Source: Nitrospirota bacterium
GTDB lineage: Bacteria > Nitrospirota > Thermodesulfovibrionia > Thermodesulfovibrionales > UBA1546
Assembly (NCBI GenBank): GCA_016195565.1
Contig: JACPZK010000032.1
Span: 26,851-90,850 of the forward strand
Direction: 5' to 3'
DNA length: 64,000 bases
Under the pieces are notes generated by a model. That model did no database searches. It saw only the letters and a program-made list of their open reading frames with translations, and had not been told where the DNA came from. Both the position numbers and the translations under genes were made by a program. Below, piece after piece: positions 46,905-55,929 of the stretch (position 1 is its first letter; every line of letters starts with the position of its first letter).

Positions 46905-47381
46905 CTACTGGGATGTTTCTCCTTCTCTTTCCTTGTCAAATTCAAGCATCTTCAGGTGGCCATCTATCAGTCTCTTTAATTCCTCTTTAAAGTGGCGTCT
47001 TATCCCTTTAAGGTCAACTATATCTTCGTGTATTTTAATAACTTTTTCCTGAGCCTCCTTAAACATAGTCTCTGTGCGTATTTCTGCCTCTCTTACCAGC
47101 AGTTCCGCCTCTTTCCTTGCGTTTGTCTTGTAGTCTTCAACCATGTTCTGTGCTGTCATGAGCGTTTCTCTAAGTGTGGACTCCATGTCCTTAAAATCTT
47201 TTATCTGGCTCTCAGCCCTTTGTACGGCCTCCTTAAGAGAGGCGTTTTCCCTGAGAATATCCTCCATCTCCTCTCTGACGACTTCAAGAAATGCATAGAC
47301 CTCTTCAACGTCAAATCCCCTGAACTTCATCGGGAACTGTTTTTGCTGGATGTCAAGCGGTGTAATTCTCATATCAGCCAC
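46905..47381 (-). CDS. DivIVA domain protein
   Basis: RITPLDIQQKQFPMKFRGFDVEEVYAFLE is the DivIVA N-terminal signature, followed by a coiled coil. Confidence 0.8.
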   Translation of the reverse strand: MADMRITPLDIQQKQFPMKFRGFDVEEVYAFLEVVREEMEDILRENASLKEAVQRAESQIKDFKDMESTLRETLMTAQNMVEDYKTNARKEAELLVREAEIRTETMFKEAQEKVIKIHEDIVDLKGIRRHFKEELKRLIDGHLKMLEFDKEREGETSQ

Positions 47382-47679
47382 CTCCTAATTTATAGCCAAG
47401 TTTTATTAAAGACTTTATCAGAAATAACTGCGTAAATATAATAACAAGAATTACTATCAAAGGTGAAATATCTATGGGGCCAAGCCGGTAACCGATAATG
47501 CTCCTTATGAGCCTGAACGCAGGTTCTGTAACCGCATGGAGAAGCCTTACAATCGGATTGTAGGGGTCAGGATTCACCCAGCTTATCAACGCTGCAATTA
47601 TTACAACCCATTTATAAACCTCAAGGACAATATCAAGTATTTTTGCAACTGCAATAATTAAATCACCGATGATAAACAT
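47374..47679 (-). CDS. YggT family membrane protein
   Basis: 101 aa; ISWVNPDPYNPIVRLLHAVTEPAFRLIR...IDISPLIVI. Confidence 0.8.
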   Translation of the reverse strand: MFIIGDLIIAVAKILDIVLEVYKWVVIIAALISWVNPDPYNPIVRLLHAVTEPAFRLIRSIIGYRLGPIDISPLIVILVIIFTQLFLIKSLIKLGYKLGGG

Positions 47680-48497
47680 TATTCCTTTCTCCTCGCAGAG
47701 TCGAGTCTCAGACCGAGCTCCTCTGCTCTTTTTGCCGCGGCATCTATAGCGCTTAAAACAATATTCTTAAATCCCTTTTCCTCAAACACTTTCAATCCTG
47801 CTGCTGTTGTGCCTCCGGGAGATGTCACCATTTCCCTGAGTTTTTCAGGCGGCAGGCCTGTTTCAAGAAGCCTTACCGTGCCGAGCAGCGTCTGTATTGC
47901 AAGTTCAGATGCATTCTCTTTGCTCAACCCGGATTTTATTCCGCCTTCAACCATTGCCTCAATGAAAAAAGCTATGAATGCAGGCCCGCTTCCTGAGAGC
48001 GCTGTTACCGCGTTCATATACTTTTCAGGCAGTGTGAGCACCTTCCCTATTGACATGAATATTTCCCTTACAGGATTGATGTCTTTTTCCGAGAAACATT
48101 CGCATAGAGACATGACAGACATAGCCTCCTGCACAAGGGCAGGGGTGTTTGGCATCACTCTGATTAATTTTTTTGTATTCAGCTTTGATTGAAGATATGA
48201 AAGTGTTATGCCGGCTGCAATGGAGACAACTGTTTTATCATTCGTTACAGCGCTATTTATATCCTCAAGAATCTGCCCCATAATTTGAGGCTTTACCGCA
48301 AGGATTATCATATTGCATGAGGAGGCAACTTCTTTATTGGAATTAGTTGTTTTCACGCCATAAGTCTGCTCAAGGTATTTTCTTCTTTCTTCCCCCGGTT
48401 CTGATACAAATATATCTTGAATCTTGAATCTTGAATCTTGAATCATTCCTTTAATTAGTGCTTCTGCCATGTTGCCGCCGCCGATAAACCCCGTCAT
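47679..48497 (-). CDS. proC: pyrroline-5-carboxylate reductase
   Basis: FIGGGNMAEAL, ILAVKPQ, RVMPNTPA and SPGGTTAAGL. It contains the heptamer-encoded DSRFKIQD insert near the N-terminus. Confidence 0.9.
   Translation of the reverse strand: MTGFIGGGNMAEALIKGMIQDSRFKIQDIFVSEPGEERRKYLEQTYGVKTTNSNKEVASSCNMIILAVKPQIMGQILEDINSAVTNDKTVVSIAAGITLSYLQSKLNTKKLIRVMPNTPALVQEAMSVMSLCECFSEKDINPVREIFMSIGKVLTLPEKYMNAVTALSGSGPAFIAFFIEAMVEGGIKSGLSKENASELAIQTLLGTVRLLETGLPPEKLREMVTSPGGTTAAGLKVFEEKGFKNIVLSAIDAAAKRAEELGLRLDSARRKE
48414..48444 (-). repeat. tandem heptanucleotide repeat (coding-strand GATTCAA type) in proC
   Basis: Plus strand: ATCTTGA x4.4. Coding strand: GATTCAAGATTCAAGATTCAAGATTCAAGAT, translated as DSRFKIQD. 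Confidence 0.9.
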
Positions 48498-49216
48498 TGT
48501 GCCTCCTTGTGACAGTACTTTCTTTCCCCAAAAATCGCTGTCCCTATCCTTACCATTGTAGCCCCTTCCTCTATTGCGACCTCAAAATCATTTGTCATGC
48601 CCATGGACAGCTCCGGAAGATTAAATCCCATAATCTCTGCCTTATCCCTCAGCGCTCTCAGCTCGCTAAAATACGGCCTTGCATTTTCAGGGTTTTCAAA
48701 GAAAGGCGGGATTGTCATGAGCCCCTCAATCCTCAGATTTTTCATTTCGCTGATTTCCCTGACTAATTCAAATAAATTATCATTTAGTATCCCATATTTA
48801 CTTATCTCATCTGAAAGCTTTACTTGAAGCAATATTTTCTGTATTTTTCCTGCTTTTTCAGCATGTTTGTCTGTGGCCTCAGCGAGTTCAAGCGAGTCAA
48901 CAGAATGAATCATTTCAAAGAGTTCAACCGCTGTCTTTGCCTTATTCTTTTGAAGATGGCCTATTAAATGCCATCGAATGTCTGCATCTTGAATCTTGAA
49001 TCTTGAATTTTGAATCTTCTCTCTTGCTTCCTGCACTTTGCTTTCTCCAAATATCCTTAACCCTGCATCTATCGCTTCTTTTATCTGTTGTATGCTTATC
49101 GTTTTTGTTACGGCAATAAGCCTTATATCTTCAGGCCTTCTTCCGGCTCTAATCGCCGCATGAGAAATTCGCCCGCATATAATTCTTATATTTTCAAAAA
49201 TTTGAGCGCCAGTCAT
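48494..49216 (-). CDS. yggS: YggS-family pyridoxal phosphate homeostasis protein
   Basis: I prefer the ATG at 49216 (MTGAQIFENI...). Motifs IRLIAVTKT, HLIGHLQKNK and ELSMGMTNDFEVAIEEGATMVRIGTAIFG. It contains the heptamer insert NSRFKIQD. Confidence 0.85.
   Translation of the reverse strand: MTGAQIFENIRIICGRISHAAIRAGRRPEDIRLIAVTKTISIQQIKEAIDAGLRIFGESKVQEAREKIQNSRFKIQDADIRWHLIGHLQKNKAKTAVELFEMIHSVDSLELAEATDKHAEKAGKIQKILLQVKLSDEISKYGILNDNLFELVREISEMKNLRIEGLMTIPPFFENPENARPYFSELRALRDKAEIMGFNLPELSMGMTNDFEVAIEEGATMVRIGTAIFGERKYCHKEAQ
48986..49018 (-). repeat. tandem heptanucleotide repeat in yggS (same family as in proC)
   Basis: Plus strand: ATCTTGAATCTTGAATCTTGAATTTTGAATCTT. Confidence 0.9.
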
Positions 49217-49253
49217 ATTGACATTGATGTTTACAAGTGTATTATATTTGATA

Positions 49254-49958
49254 ATGTCAAAGCAAGAGATTGAAGAGCTGGGAAGCAGTATCGGGTATTG
49301 TTTTACTGACAAGGGGCTTCTTTTAGAGGCTGTCACCCATAAGTCATTTCATCACGAAAATCCTGACTCGGCGTCCTCTTATAATGAGAGGCTTGAATTC
49401 CTGGGAGACTCGGTTCTGGGGCTTGTGGTTGTGGAATATTTGTTTAAGCTTGAAAAGTATTATTCCGAGGCAATAATGTCAAAAATAAAATCATATATTG
49501 TGAAAGAGGCAGTTCTGTCCGACGCTGCAGAGAGCATATCGCTTGGGGCATACCTCAGACTGGGGAGGGGTGAGAAGGAAACCGGAGGCAGAGAGAAGAA
49601 ATCCATACTTGCAGACGCCATGGAGGCAGTATTTGGCGCTGTGTATATTGACGGAGGCTATGAGCGCGCGAGGAATGCGGTATTAAGGCTTTTGCAGCAT
49701 AAGATTGATACAGCAGTATCATCAGAGCAGTTTTTTGATTATAAAACAGACCTTCAGGAAGAAAGTCAGGTAAGGTTCGGGATTCTGCCGCGCTATATGA
49801 CAGTGAAACAGGAAGGCGAAGAGCACAAGAAAATTTTTACAGTTGAAGTTTATATCAAGGGAGACAGGTTTGGCAGAGGCAGCGGCAGGAGTAAAAAAGA
49901 GGCTGAGACCCTTGCTGCAAAAGAGGCATTATTAAAGATAAAGTCATCAGGGCAATAA
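49254..49958 (+). CDS. rnc: ribonuclease III
   Basis: I prefer the ATG at 49254 (MSKQEIEEL...). NERLEFLGDSVL signature and a C-terminal dsRBD (GRGSGRSKKEAETLAAKEAL). Confidence 0.9.
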   Translation: MSKQEIEELGSSIGYCFTDKGLLLEAVTHKSFHHENPDSASSYNERLEFLGDSVLGLVVVEYLFKLEKYYSEAIMSKIKSYIVKEAVLSDAAESISLGAYLRLGRGEKETGGREKKSILADAMEAVFGAVYIDGGYERARNAVLRLLQHKIDTAVSSEQFFDYKTDLQEESQVRFGILPRYMTVKQEGEEHKKIFTVEVYIKGDRFGRGSGRSKKEAETLAAKEALLKIKSSGQ

Positions 49959-49975
49959 AATCTGAACAAGTAGCT

Positions 49976-50068
49976 TGTCATTGCGAGGGACAAAGTCCCG
50001 AAGCAATCTTAAGACAGATTCGGAACAGGCTCTCATAGACAGATTGCCGCGCTGCGCTCGCAATGACA
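49976..50068. repeat. MITE-like nested palindrome (GTCATTGCGAG family)
   Basis: TGTCATTGCGAGGGACAAAGTCCCGAAGCAATCT...AGATTGCCGCGCTGCGCTCGCAATGACA. Confidence 0.75.
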
Positions 50069-50089
50069 CAATAGGAAAAAGGAGAAATT

Positions 50090-50752
50090 ATGGAAGCCAT
50101 TGAATGCATCAAAACAAGAATGAGTATCAGGAAGTTCAAGCCAGAGCCTGTGCCGAGGAATATACTGACCGAGATAATTAATACTGCGCAATGGAGCCCT
50201 TCATATAAAAACAGCCAGCCGTGGGAGGTTGTGATTGTATCAGGGAAAAAGAAGGAAAAATTATCCGCTCTTCTCGTCAGGCTTCTTGAAGAAGGTAAGG
50301 CACCTCAGCCTGACATTCCAGAGGCAGTATCGTGGCCTTCAGACATAGCGGAGAGAATCAACGAGACCATGAAAGAAAGGGGCGCTTTGCTTGGCATAGA
50401 TTTAAACAGCCCTGATATAAAGAAAAAATCCAAGGCTGCTAATTTTCGTTTTTACGGCGCGCCGCATGGAATCTTCCTTTTCCAAGATTCATCTCTCAAT
50501 GCATGGTCTATATTTGATGCATGGCTTTTTGCCCAGAGCCTCATGCTTGCAGCCCGCTCACACGGCATTGGCACAGTGCCTCAGGCGTTTCTTACTGACT
50601 ATTCGTCCGAAATAAAGCAATTTCTCGGAATCCCTAACACAAAGAGGCTTGTCCTCGGCGTCTCAATCGGCTATCCTGATATGGAGAATCCGATTAACAC
50701 TTACAGAACTACGAGAGTGGATACAGGCAAGATACTCAGGTGGGTTGAGTGA
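50090..50752 (+). CDS. nitroreductase family protein
   Basis: IKTRMSIRKFKPEPVP...AQWSPSYKNSQPW. The length and pattern fit NADH/flavin nitroreductases. Confidence 0.8.
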   Translation: MEAIECIKTRMSIRKFKPEPVPRNILTEIINTAQWSPSYKNSQPWEVVIVSGKKKEKLSALLVRLLEEGKAPQPDIPEAVSWPSDIAERINETMKERGALLGIDLNSPDIKKKSKAANFRFYGAPHGIFLFQDSSLNAWSIFDAWLFAQSLMLAARSHGIGTVPQAFLTDYSSEIKQFLGIPNTKRLVLGVSIGYPDMENPINTYRTTRVDTGKILRWVE

Positions 50753-50825
50753 TTAGGTTAATATTAATTTACAAACCGATAAAAATCATATATATTAAAA
50801 CTATTCGGGACGGTCGGAGGAAGAC

Positions 50826-52943
50826 ATGAAAAAAATTGTAATTCTCTTGGTTCTTTTGTTTTCTTTTGTAGAGGCGGATGCTCAGGAAAAAAGGATTGCT
50901 GTTTTGCCTTTTAAAAACCTGATGCAGAAACAGGATCTTAACTGGCTGTCTGAAGCGATTCCCGAAACAATTACAGCAAAATTAGGCAGCATCAGGGGAG
51001 TATCGCTTATTGAGCGGTCTCAATTGGATGCGGCTTTCAAGGAAATGGGATTGCAGAAAGCAGGGGTAGTGGATGAGAAAACTGCTGTTAAGGCAGGTAA
51101 AATAGCTGGCGTTGATATAGTTGTCATAGGAGCATTTCAGGTTGTGGGAGACGAGGTTCGCATCACTGCCCGTTTTGTAGAGGTGCAGACAGGAAAAGTA
51201 CTAAGCACTGCTGATGAAAGGAAGTCATTTCGCGAAATGTATGCACTGCAGGATGCAGTAGCCTTTTCACTCGCAGAGTCTCTGCAAAAAGCGCTTAAGA
51301 TTGTTGCTACCGGCGCAGAGTCGGAAGATGTTAAAAAGGAGAAACCTGCGGTCGCAAGTTTGCCGCCCGGCAAAGCCTCTGATTATTATTCAAAAGGCTA
51401 TGATTACAAGTGGAACAAGAAAGACACGGATAAGGCAATAGAATATTATCTTAAGGCTATAAGCATTGACCCGAACCACGAAAATGCTTTGTTTGAATTG
51501 GGTTATGTTTATAACGAGAAGGGAGAGTATCGCAAGGCCATTGATTACTACAGCAAAGTTGTGGCTTTAAATCCCAGCGCAAAGGACGCTCTTAACAACA
51601 TCGGGCTGGCATATTCACGGCTGAATGACCATCAGAATGCAGAGAAGTGGTATGAAAAGTCGCTTGATATTGATCCAAACTATACCCTGGCCCTCAACGG
51701 CATGGGACTTGTCATGTGGAAGGCTAAAAAATATAAAGAGGCAGAGGTGTGGTATAAAAAAGCCATTCAGAGCGACCCGAAATATCACATGGCTTACTAC
51801 AATATGGGAATACTCTACGAAGATATGAAGCAGTATGCAGAAAGCAAGGATTATTACAGAAAGACCATAGAGATCAATCCCGGCTATGTAAATGCAATGA
51901 TTAATCTCGGCATTATTCTTGAGACTAAAGACAAGAATTTTTCAGATGCGGAGTACTGGTATAAAAAAGCGAGCGAAGCGAGTCCCGACAACTATCTGGT
52001 TTATTACAATATGGGATTTCTTTACAGCAATAAAGAGTTCGGCAAGTACGATATAGATCAGGCTATAGGTTATTATCAGAAAGTTACCACAGTAAAACCT
52101 GACCACGACCTTTCGTATTTCTATATAGGAAACCTTTACTATGATAAGAAAGAGTATCCCAAGGCGATAACTGCCTATGAAAAGGCAATTCAGCTTTACG
52201 GGAAGGATCCTGCTTATCATAATAATCTTGGGCTGGTATATGAAGCCCAGAAGGAATATGCGAAGGCTGAGGGGTATTACAGGGAATCAATCAAAGTTGA
52301 CCCTTCATACGGAATAGCGTGGGAAAGCCTTGGCTATGCCTTGTATTACCAGGTCAAAGACAATGAAGCCAAAGAAGCATGGAAAAAGGCGGTTTCTCTT
52401 GGAAGGATAGGGGCAAAAGACGCCCTTAAAAAATATTACAATATCACGGATGTCCCTGAGAGCGCTGCCCCTCTTCCAACGAACCTGAGCGCTTCCGAAT
52501 ACTACTCAAAGGGCTACGATTACAAGTGGAACAAGAAAGACACGGATAAGGCAATAGAATATTATCTGAAGGCTGTAAGCATTGACCCGAACCACACAAA
52601 TGCCCTGTTTGAGCTTGGCTATGTTTATAATGAAAAAGGAGAATACAGCAAAGCCATTGAATATTACAACAGGGTTCTGGCGATAGATCCCCGGGCAAAA
52701 GACGCCCTTAATAACATCGGACTGTCATACGAAAACCAAAAAGATTACGTGAAGGCTGAAAGTTATTACCGGAAATCGATAGCAGTTGACCCCTCATACG
52801 GCCTTGCGTGGGAAAGCCTTGGCTATGCATTGTATTTCCAGCAGAAAGACAACGAAGCCAAAGATGCATGGAAAAAGGCTTCTTCCCTTGGAAGAACCGG
52901 GGCAAAAGACGCGCTTAAAAAATATTTCAATATTACTGATTGA
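50826..52943 (+). CDS. secreted TPR-repeat protein with N-terminal CsgG/FlgO-like domain
   Basis: Signal peptide, then RIAVLPFKNL...SLIERSQLD...DIVVIGAF...ITARFVEVQTGKV, then >12 TPR units and an internal duplication. Confidence 0.75.
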   Translation: MKKIVILLVLLFSFVEADAQEKRIAVLPFKNLMQKQDLNWLSEAIPETITAKLGSIRGVSLIERSQLDAAFKEMGLQKAGVVDEKTAVKAGKIAGVDIVVIGAFQVVGDEVRITARFVEVQTGKVLSTADERKSFREMYALQDAVAFSLAESLQKALKIVATGAESEDVKKEKPAVASLPPGKASDYYSKGYDYKWNKKDTDKAIEYYLKAISIDPNHENALFELGYVYNEKGEYRKAIDYYSKVVALNPSAKDALNNIGLAYSRLNDHQNAEKWYEKSLDIDPNYTLALNGMGLVMWKAKKYKEAEVWYKKAIQSDPKYHMAYYNMGILYEDMKQYAESKDYYRKTIEINPGYVNAMINLGIILETKDKNFSDAEYWYKKASEASPDNYLVYYNMGFLYSNKEFGKYDIDQAIGYYQKVTTVKPDHDLSYFYIGNLYYDKKEYPKAITAYEKAIQLYGKDPAYHNNLGLVYEAQKEYAKAEGYYRESIKVDPSYGIAWESLGYALYYQVKDNEAKEAWKKAVSLGRIGAKDALKKYYNITDVPESAAPLPTNLSASEYYSKGYDYKWNKKDTDKAIEYYLKAVSIDPNHTNALFELGYVYNEKGEYSKAIEYYNRVLAIDPRAKDALNNIGLSYENQKDYVKAESYYRKSIAVDPSYGLAWESLGYALYFQQKDNEAKDAWKKASSLGRTGAKDALKKYFNITD

Positions 52944-52958
52944 AGACTGCTTCATGCC

Positions 52959-53027
52959 GTCATTGCGAGGGACGAAGTCCCGAAGTAATCTCAAAGGAAA
53001 GATTGCCGCGCTTCGCTCGCAATGACA
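52959..53027. repeat. MITE-like nested palindrome (GTCATTGCGAG family)
   Basis: GTCATTGCGAGGGACGAAGTCCCGAAGTAATCTC...AGATTGCCGCGCTTCGCTCGCAATGACA. Confidence 0.75.
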
Positions 53028-53091
53028 AGAAGGACACCCTGTAGCAAGACAACAGGGAATTATCAGGCAAAACTGAACGGAGAATTTGCGC

Positions 53092-54282
53092 ATGCTTTCT
53101 GAAAGGGCAAAAAATATAAAACCATCACCGACACTTGCGATTGATGCAAAGGCAAAGGCAATGAAGGCAGCGGGGGCTGACGTCATTAATTTCGGGGTAG
53201 GCGAGCCTGATTTTGACACTCCTGAAAATATTAAAGAGGCGGCCATAAAGGCGATAAGGGATGGCTTTACAAAATACACGCCTGTCGGAGGGATTGACCC
53301 TCTTAAAGACGCAATCATAGAAAAGTTCAGGAAAGACAACGGCCTTGAATACTCACGCGAAGATGTGATTGTCTCATGCGGCGCAAAGCACAGCCTCTAC
53401 AATATTGCGCAGGCGCTTTACGGGAATGGCGATGAGGTTATAATCCCCGCTCCTTACTGGGTTTCCTATCCCGATCAGGTGATTTTAAATGACGCCGCGC
53501 CTGTTTTTGTTAAGACATACGAGAAAGATAAATTTGTACTTAAAGCAGACGCCCTTAAATCTCATATAACAAAAAAGACAAAGGCAATAATACTTAATTC
53601 TCCTTCAAATCCTACAGGGCTTACCTATGACAGAAAGACACTTGAGGACATAGCATCCATTGCACTGGAGCATAACCTCTATGTGATTTCCGATGAGATA
53701 TATGAGAAGCTTATCTATGACGGATTTGTGCATACAAGCATCGCATCGCTCGGAAACGAGATAAAGAACAGAACCCTTGTTGTGAACGGGCTTTCAAAGG
53801 CATATGCGATGACAGGATGGAGGATTGGTTATACAGCAGGGCCTAAAGATATAATTAAGGCGATGACAAATATACAGAGCCAGTCAACGTCAAACCCCAC
53901 ATCAATTGCGCAGAAGGCGGCTGTTGAGGCATTAACGGGTCCGCAGGATTTTATAAAGACAATGCTTGTGGAATTTGATAAGAGAAGAAAATATCTTGTG
54001 TCTGAACTTAATGCAATCCCGGGCATAAGCTGTCTTACTCCTACAGGCGCTTTTTACGCATTTCCTAACACATCAAAATTGTACGGCAGACAGGCTGACG
54101 GGAAAAAAATCTCTTCGTCATCCGGCCTTGCGCTCCATCTGCTTGAAAAGGCGAATGTTGCGCTTGTGCCGGGCGATGCATTCGGCGATGACAATCACAT
54201 AAGGCTTTCTTATGCGACTTCTATGGAGAATCTTGAGAAAGGCGTAAAGAGAATAAGAGAGGCTGTAAGCGGATTAAAATAA
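53092..54282 (+). CDS. class I pyridoxal-phosphate-dependent (aspartate-type) aminotransferase
   Basis: I prefer the ATG at 53092. Motifs INFGVGEPDFDTP, NSPSNPTG, VNGLSKAYAMTGWRIGY (PLP lysine) and IRLSYA. Confidence 0.85.
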   Translation: MLSERAKNIKPSPTLAIDAKAKAMKAAGADVINFGVGEPDFDTPENIKEAAIKAIRDGFTKYTPVGGIDPLKDAIIEKFRKDNGLEYSREDVIVSCGAKHSLYNIAQALYGNGDEVIIPAPYWVSYPDQVILNDAAPVFVKTYEKDKFVLKADALKSHITKKTKAIILNSPSNPTGLTYDRKTLEDIASIALEHNLYVISDEIYEKLIYDGFVHTSIASLGNEIKNRTLVVNGLSKAYAMTGWRIGYTAGPKDIIKAMTNIQSQSTSNPTSIAQKAAVEALTGPQDFIKTMLVEFDKRRKYLVSELNAIPGISCLTPTGAFYAFPNTSKLYGRQADGKKISSSSGLALHLLEKANVALVPGDAFGDDNHIRLSYATSMENLEKGVKRIREAVSGLK

Positions 54283-54396
54283 ATACTTTATCCTGCCTCT
54301 GCATAATATAAAAGTTTCAATTCCTGTTGAACAATCCCGCGTGATAATGTTATCTTAAAACAACTTTTTGACGTAAGGACGTAAGGTTTAATAATT

Positions 54397-54849
54397 ATGC
54401 TTGTCCGTATGACAGTTGAAGGTTTGTTGTTTGACCCGCGAAGCAGTATGTATATCCTGCTTCTGAAGGACGCTGAAGGTACAGCCACCCTGCCTATATG
54501 GATTGGAAAACCGGAGGCAGATTCCATTGCGCTTGCGCTCGGAAAGATTGTAACGCCAAGGCCTTTGACCCACGACCTGATTAAGAATATGGCGCATAAT
54601 CTTAAGATGAAAATAACAAGGGTTGCAGTTACCGAGATACTTGACAATACATTTTATGCCCTCATCTATCTCAATGACGGCAAGGACGAGATATCAATAG
54701 ATTCAAGGCCCAGCGATGCAATCGCAGTTGCCCTGAGAGTTAACGCGCCCATCTTTGTTGAAGAAAGCATCATTGAAAAGAGAACCAAGGATGAGCTGGA
54801 TGAATGGCTTAAAAATCTGAAGCCAGAGGATTTTGGGAATGTGATGTGA
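54397..54849 (+). CDS. bifunctional nuclease family protein (DUF151)
   Basis: LLLKDAEGTATLPIWIGKPEADSIALAL...RPLTHDL...SIDSRPSDAIAVALR. The start could be either Met 1 or Met 5. Confidence 0.75.
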   Translation: MLVRMTVEGLLFDPRSSMYILLLKDAEGTATLPIWIGKPEADSIALALGKIVTPRPLTHDLIKNMAHNLKMKITRVAVTEILDNTFYALIYLNDGKDEISIDSRPSDAIAVALRVNAPIFVEESIIEKRTKDELDEWLKNLKPEDFGNVM

Positions 54850-54850
54850 G

Positions 54851-54924
54851 AGAAAAGTTAAGAGTTATAAGTTATAAGTTAAGAGTTTCGGATTTTAATT
54901 TTCAACTTTTAACTTTCAACTTCT
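54851..54924. repeat. two inverted blocks of heptamer repeats (AAGTTRW / its complement), intergenic
   Basis: AAGTTAA GAGTTAT AAGTTAT AAGTTAA GAGTT ... AATTTTC AACTTTT AACTTTC AACTTC. Block 2 is the reverse complement of the same heptamer family. Confidence 0.75.
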
Positions 54925-55659
54925 ATGTTACGCAGAACTGAAGGCATTGTCTTAAAAACCATCCCTTTCGGAGAAGCAGACCTCATAGTAACATTTTTAA
55001 CTTATGATTTCGGCCTTATAAAGGCATTCGCCAAAAGCCCGCGAAAGATAAAGAGCAGGTTCGGAAGCAGCCTTGAACCTCTTACATACTCAAAGATATC
55101 ATTCTGGGGAAAGGAAGATGCTAATCTCCCCCGCCTGACGCAGTCAGATATAATCCTGCCGTTTAAATCCATGAGAGAGAGGCTGGATTGTTTTTTGAAA
55201 GCCTCAGAGATAATCGAGCTTACCGTCAATATGCTTCCGGAGCATGAAGCAAATAAAAAAATATTCACGCTTCTTCTGGATATACTGAAGACAATGGAAA
55301 AAGACTGCGCTGCGCTGCACACAGTAATCATGTATAAGGTGAAGTTCCTTGACCTTGCGGGTTATGCCCCGAGGCTTGACGGCTGCGCAAGATGCGGAAA
55401 ATCAGGATTCAGTTTTTATGTCTCGCACGGTTCCATCCTCTGTGAGAATTGCGCTACAGGTGTGGATTCGCATGTGAAGCTCTCACAGGGGTCTATAAGG
55501 CTTTATGAGAGCCTGAGAAAGTGGGACAATTCACTGGCAGGAAGGATAAAACCGTCAGGGAATCTCTTTGCAGAACTTTCGGGAATGATAAACGACCACA
55601 TAAGACACACCCTCTCAAAGCCGCTGAAATCAGAGGCCTTCTATAATCTCACAAAATAA
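54925..55659 (+). CDS. recO: DNA repair protein RecO
   Basis: TEGIVLKTIPFGEADLIVTFLT... (OB fold) and the zinc motif CARCGK...CENC. Confidence 0.85.
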   Translation: MLRRTEGIVLKTIPFGEADLIVTFLTYDFGLIKAFAKSPRKIKSRFGSSLEPLTYSKISFWGKEDANLPRLTQSDIILPFKSMRERLDCFLKASEIIELTVNMLPEHEANKKIFTLLLDILKTMEKDCAALHTVIMYKVKFLDLAGYAPRLDGCARCGKSGFSFYVSHGSILCENCATGVDSHVKLSQGSIRLYESLRKWDNSLAGRIKPSGNLFAELSGMINDHIRHTLSKPLKSEAFYNLTK

Positions 55660-55703
55660 TATCAAAAAGAGTATTTTTAATCCTATGAAGGCAGATGAAA
55701 TAT

Positions 55704-55732
55704 TTGCTTTTTTACATGAAAGTTATTAATAT
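55704..55732 (+). promoter_or_regulatory. sigma70-type promoter candidate for the small-ORF / TM effector / cyclase operon
   Basis: TTGCTT (55704-55709), a 17-nt spacer, then TAATAT (55727-55732), followed by the GAGGAGG RBS at 55747-55753. Confidence 0.45.
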
Positions 55733-55757
55733 TTCACAAGTTTCTGAGGAGGTGGTT

Positions 55758-55928
55758 TTGGCGAAGAAGGCTCCAAAGAAGAATAATAATGTCGTAGACT
55801 TGACTCTGCGAGATGTAGCGGCAGCACTTCCCTCTGTATTTTTCAAATCATGCAAAGAAAAACGCATCGCCGTCAAAGTCATCGACCACGGGGGGAATGA
55901 GGTGATGGTGGTGAGGGAGATATTTTGA
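55758..55928 (+). CDS. small hypothetical protein (56 aa), first gene of the Pycsar-like operon
   Basis: I prefer the TTG at 55758 (GTG at 55752 is also possible) because the ATGs at 55695 and 55716 lie upstream of or inside the predicted promoter. The stop is 1 nt before the next ATG. The C-terminus KRIAVKVIDHGGNEVMVVREIF vaguely recalls C-termini of some DNA methyltransferases (from memory only). Confidence 0.35.
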   Translation: MAKKAPKKNNNVVDLTLRDVAAALPSVFFKSCKEKRIAVKVIDHGGNEVMVVREIF

Positions 55929-55929
55929 A

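Noticed and set aside
52794-53339. 181-aa minus-strand ORF
   Set aside because: It runs antisense across the TPR gene 3' end, a MITE-like element and the aminotransferase 5' end, so it is an artefact of open antisense frames.
54356-54396. TTGACG-17-ATAATT directly abutting the ATG of the bifunctional nuclease gene (possible leaderless transcript)
   Set aside because: The -10 box would end at the annotated start codon, so transcription would begin inside the ORF. The true start codon (Met 1 or Met 5) is unresolved, so the case is too speculative.
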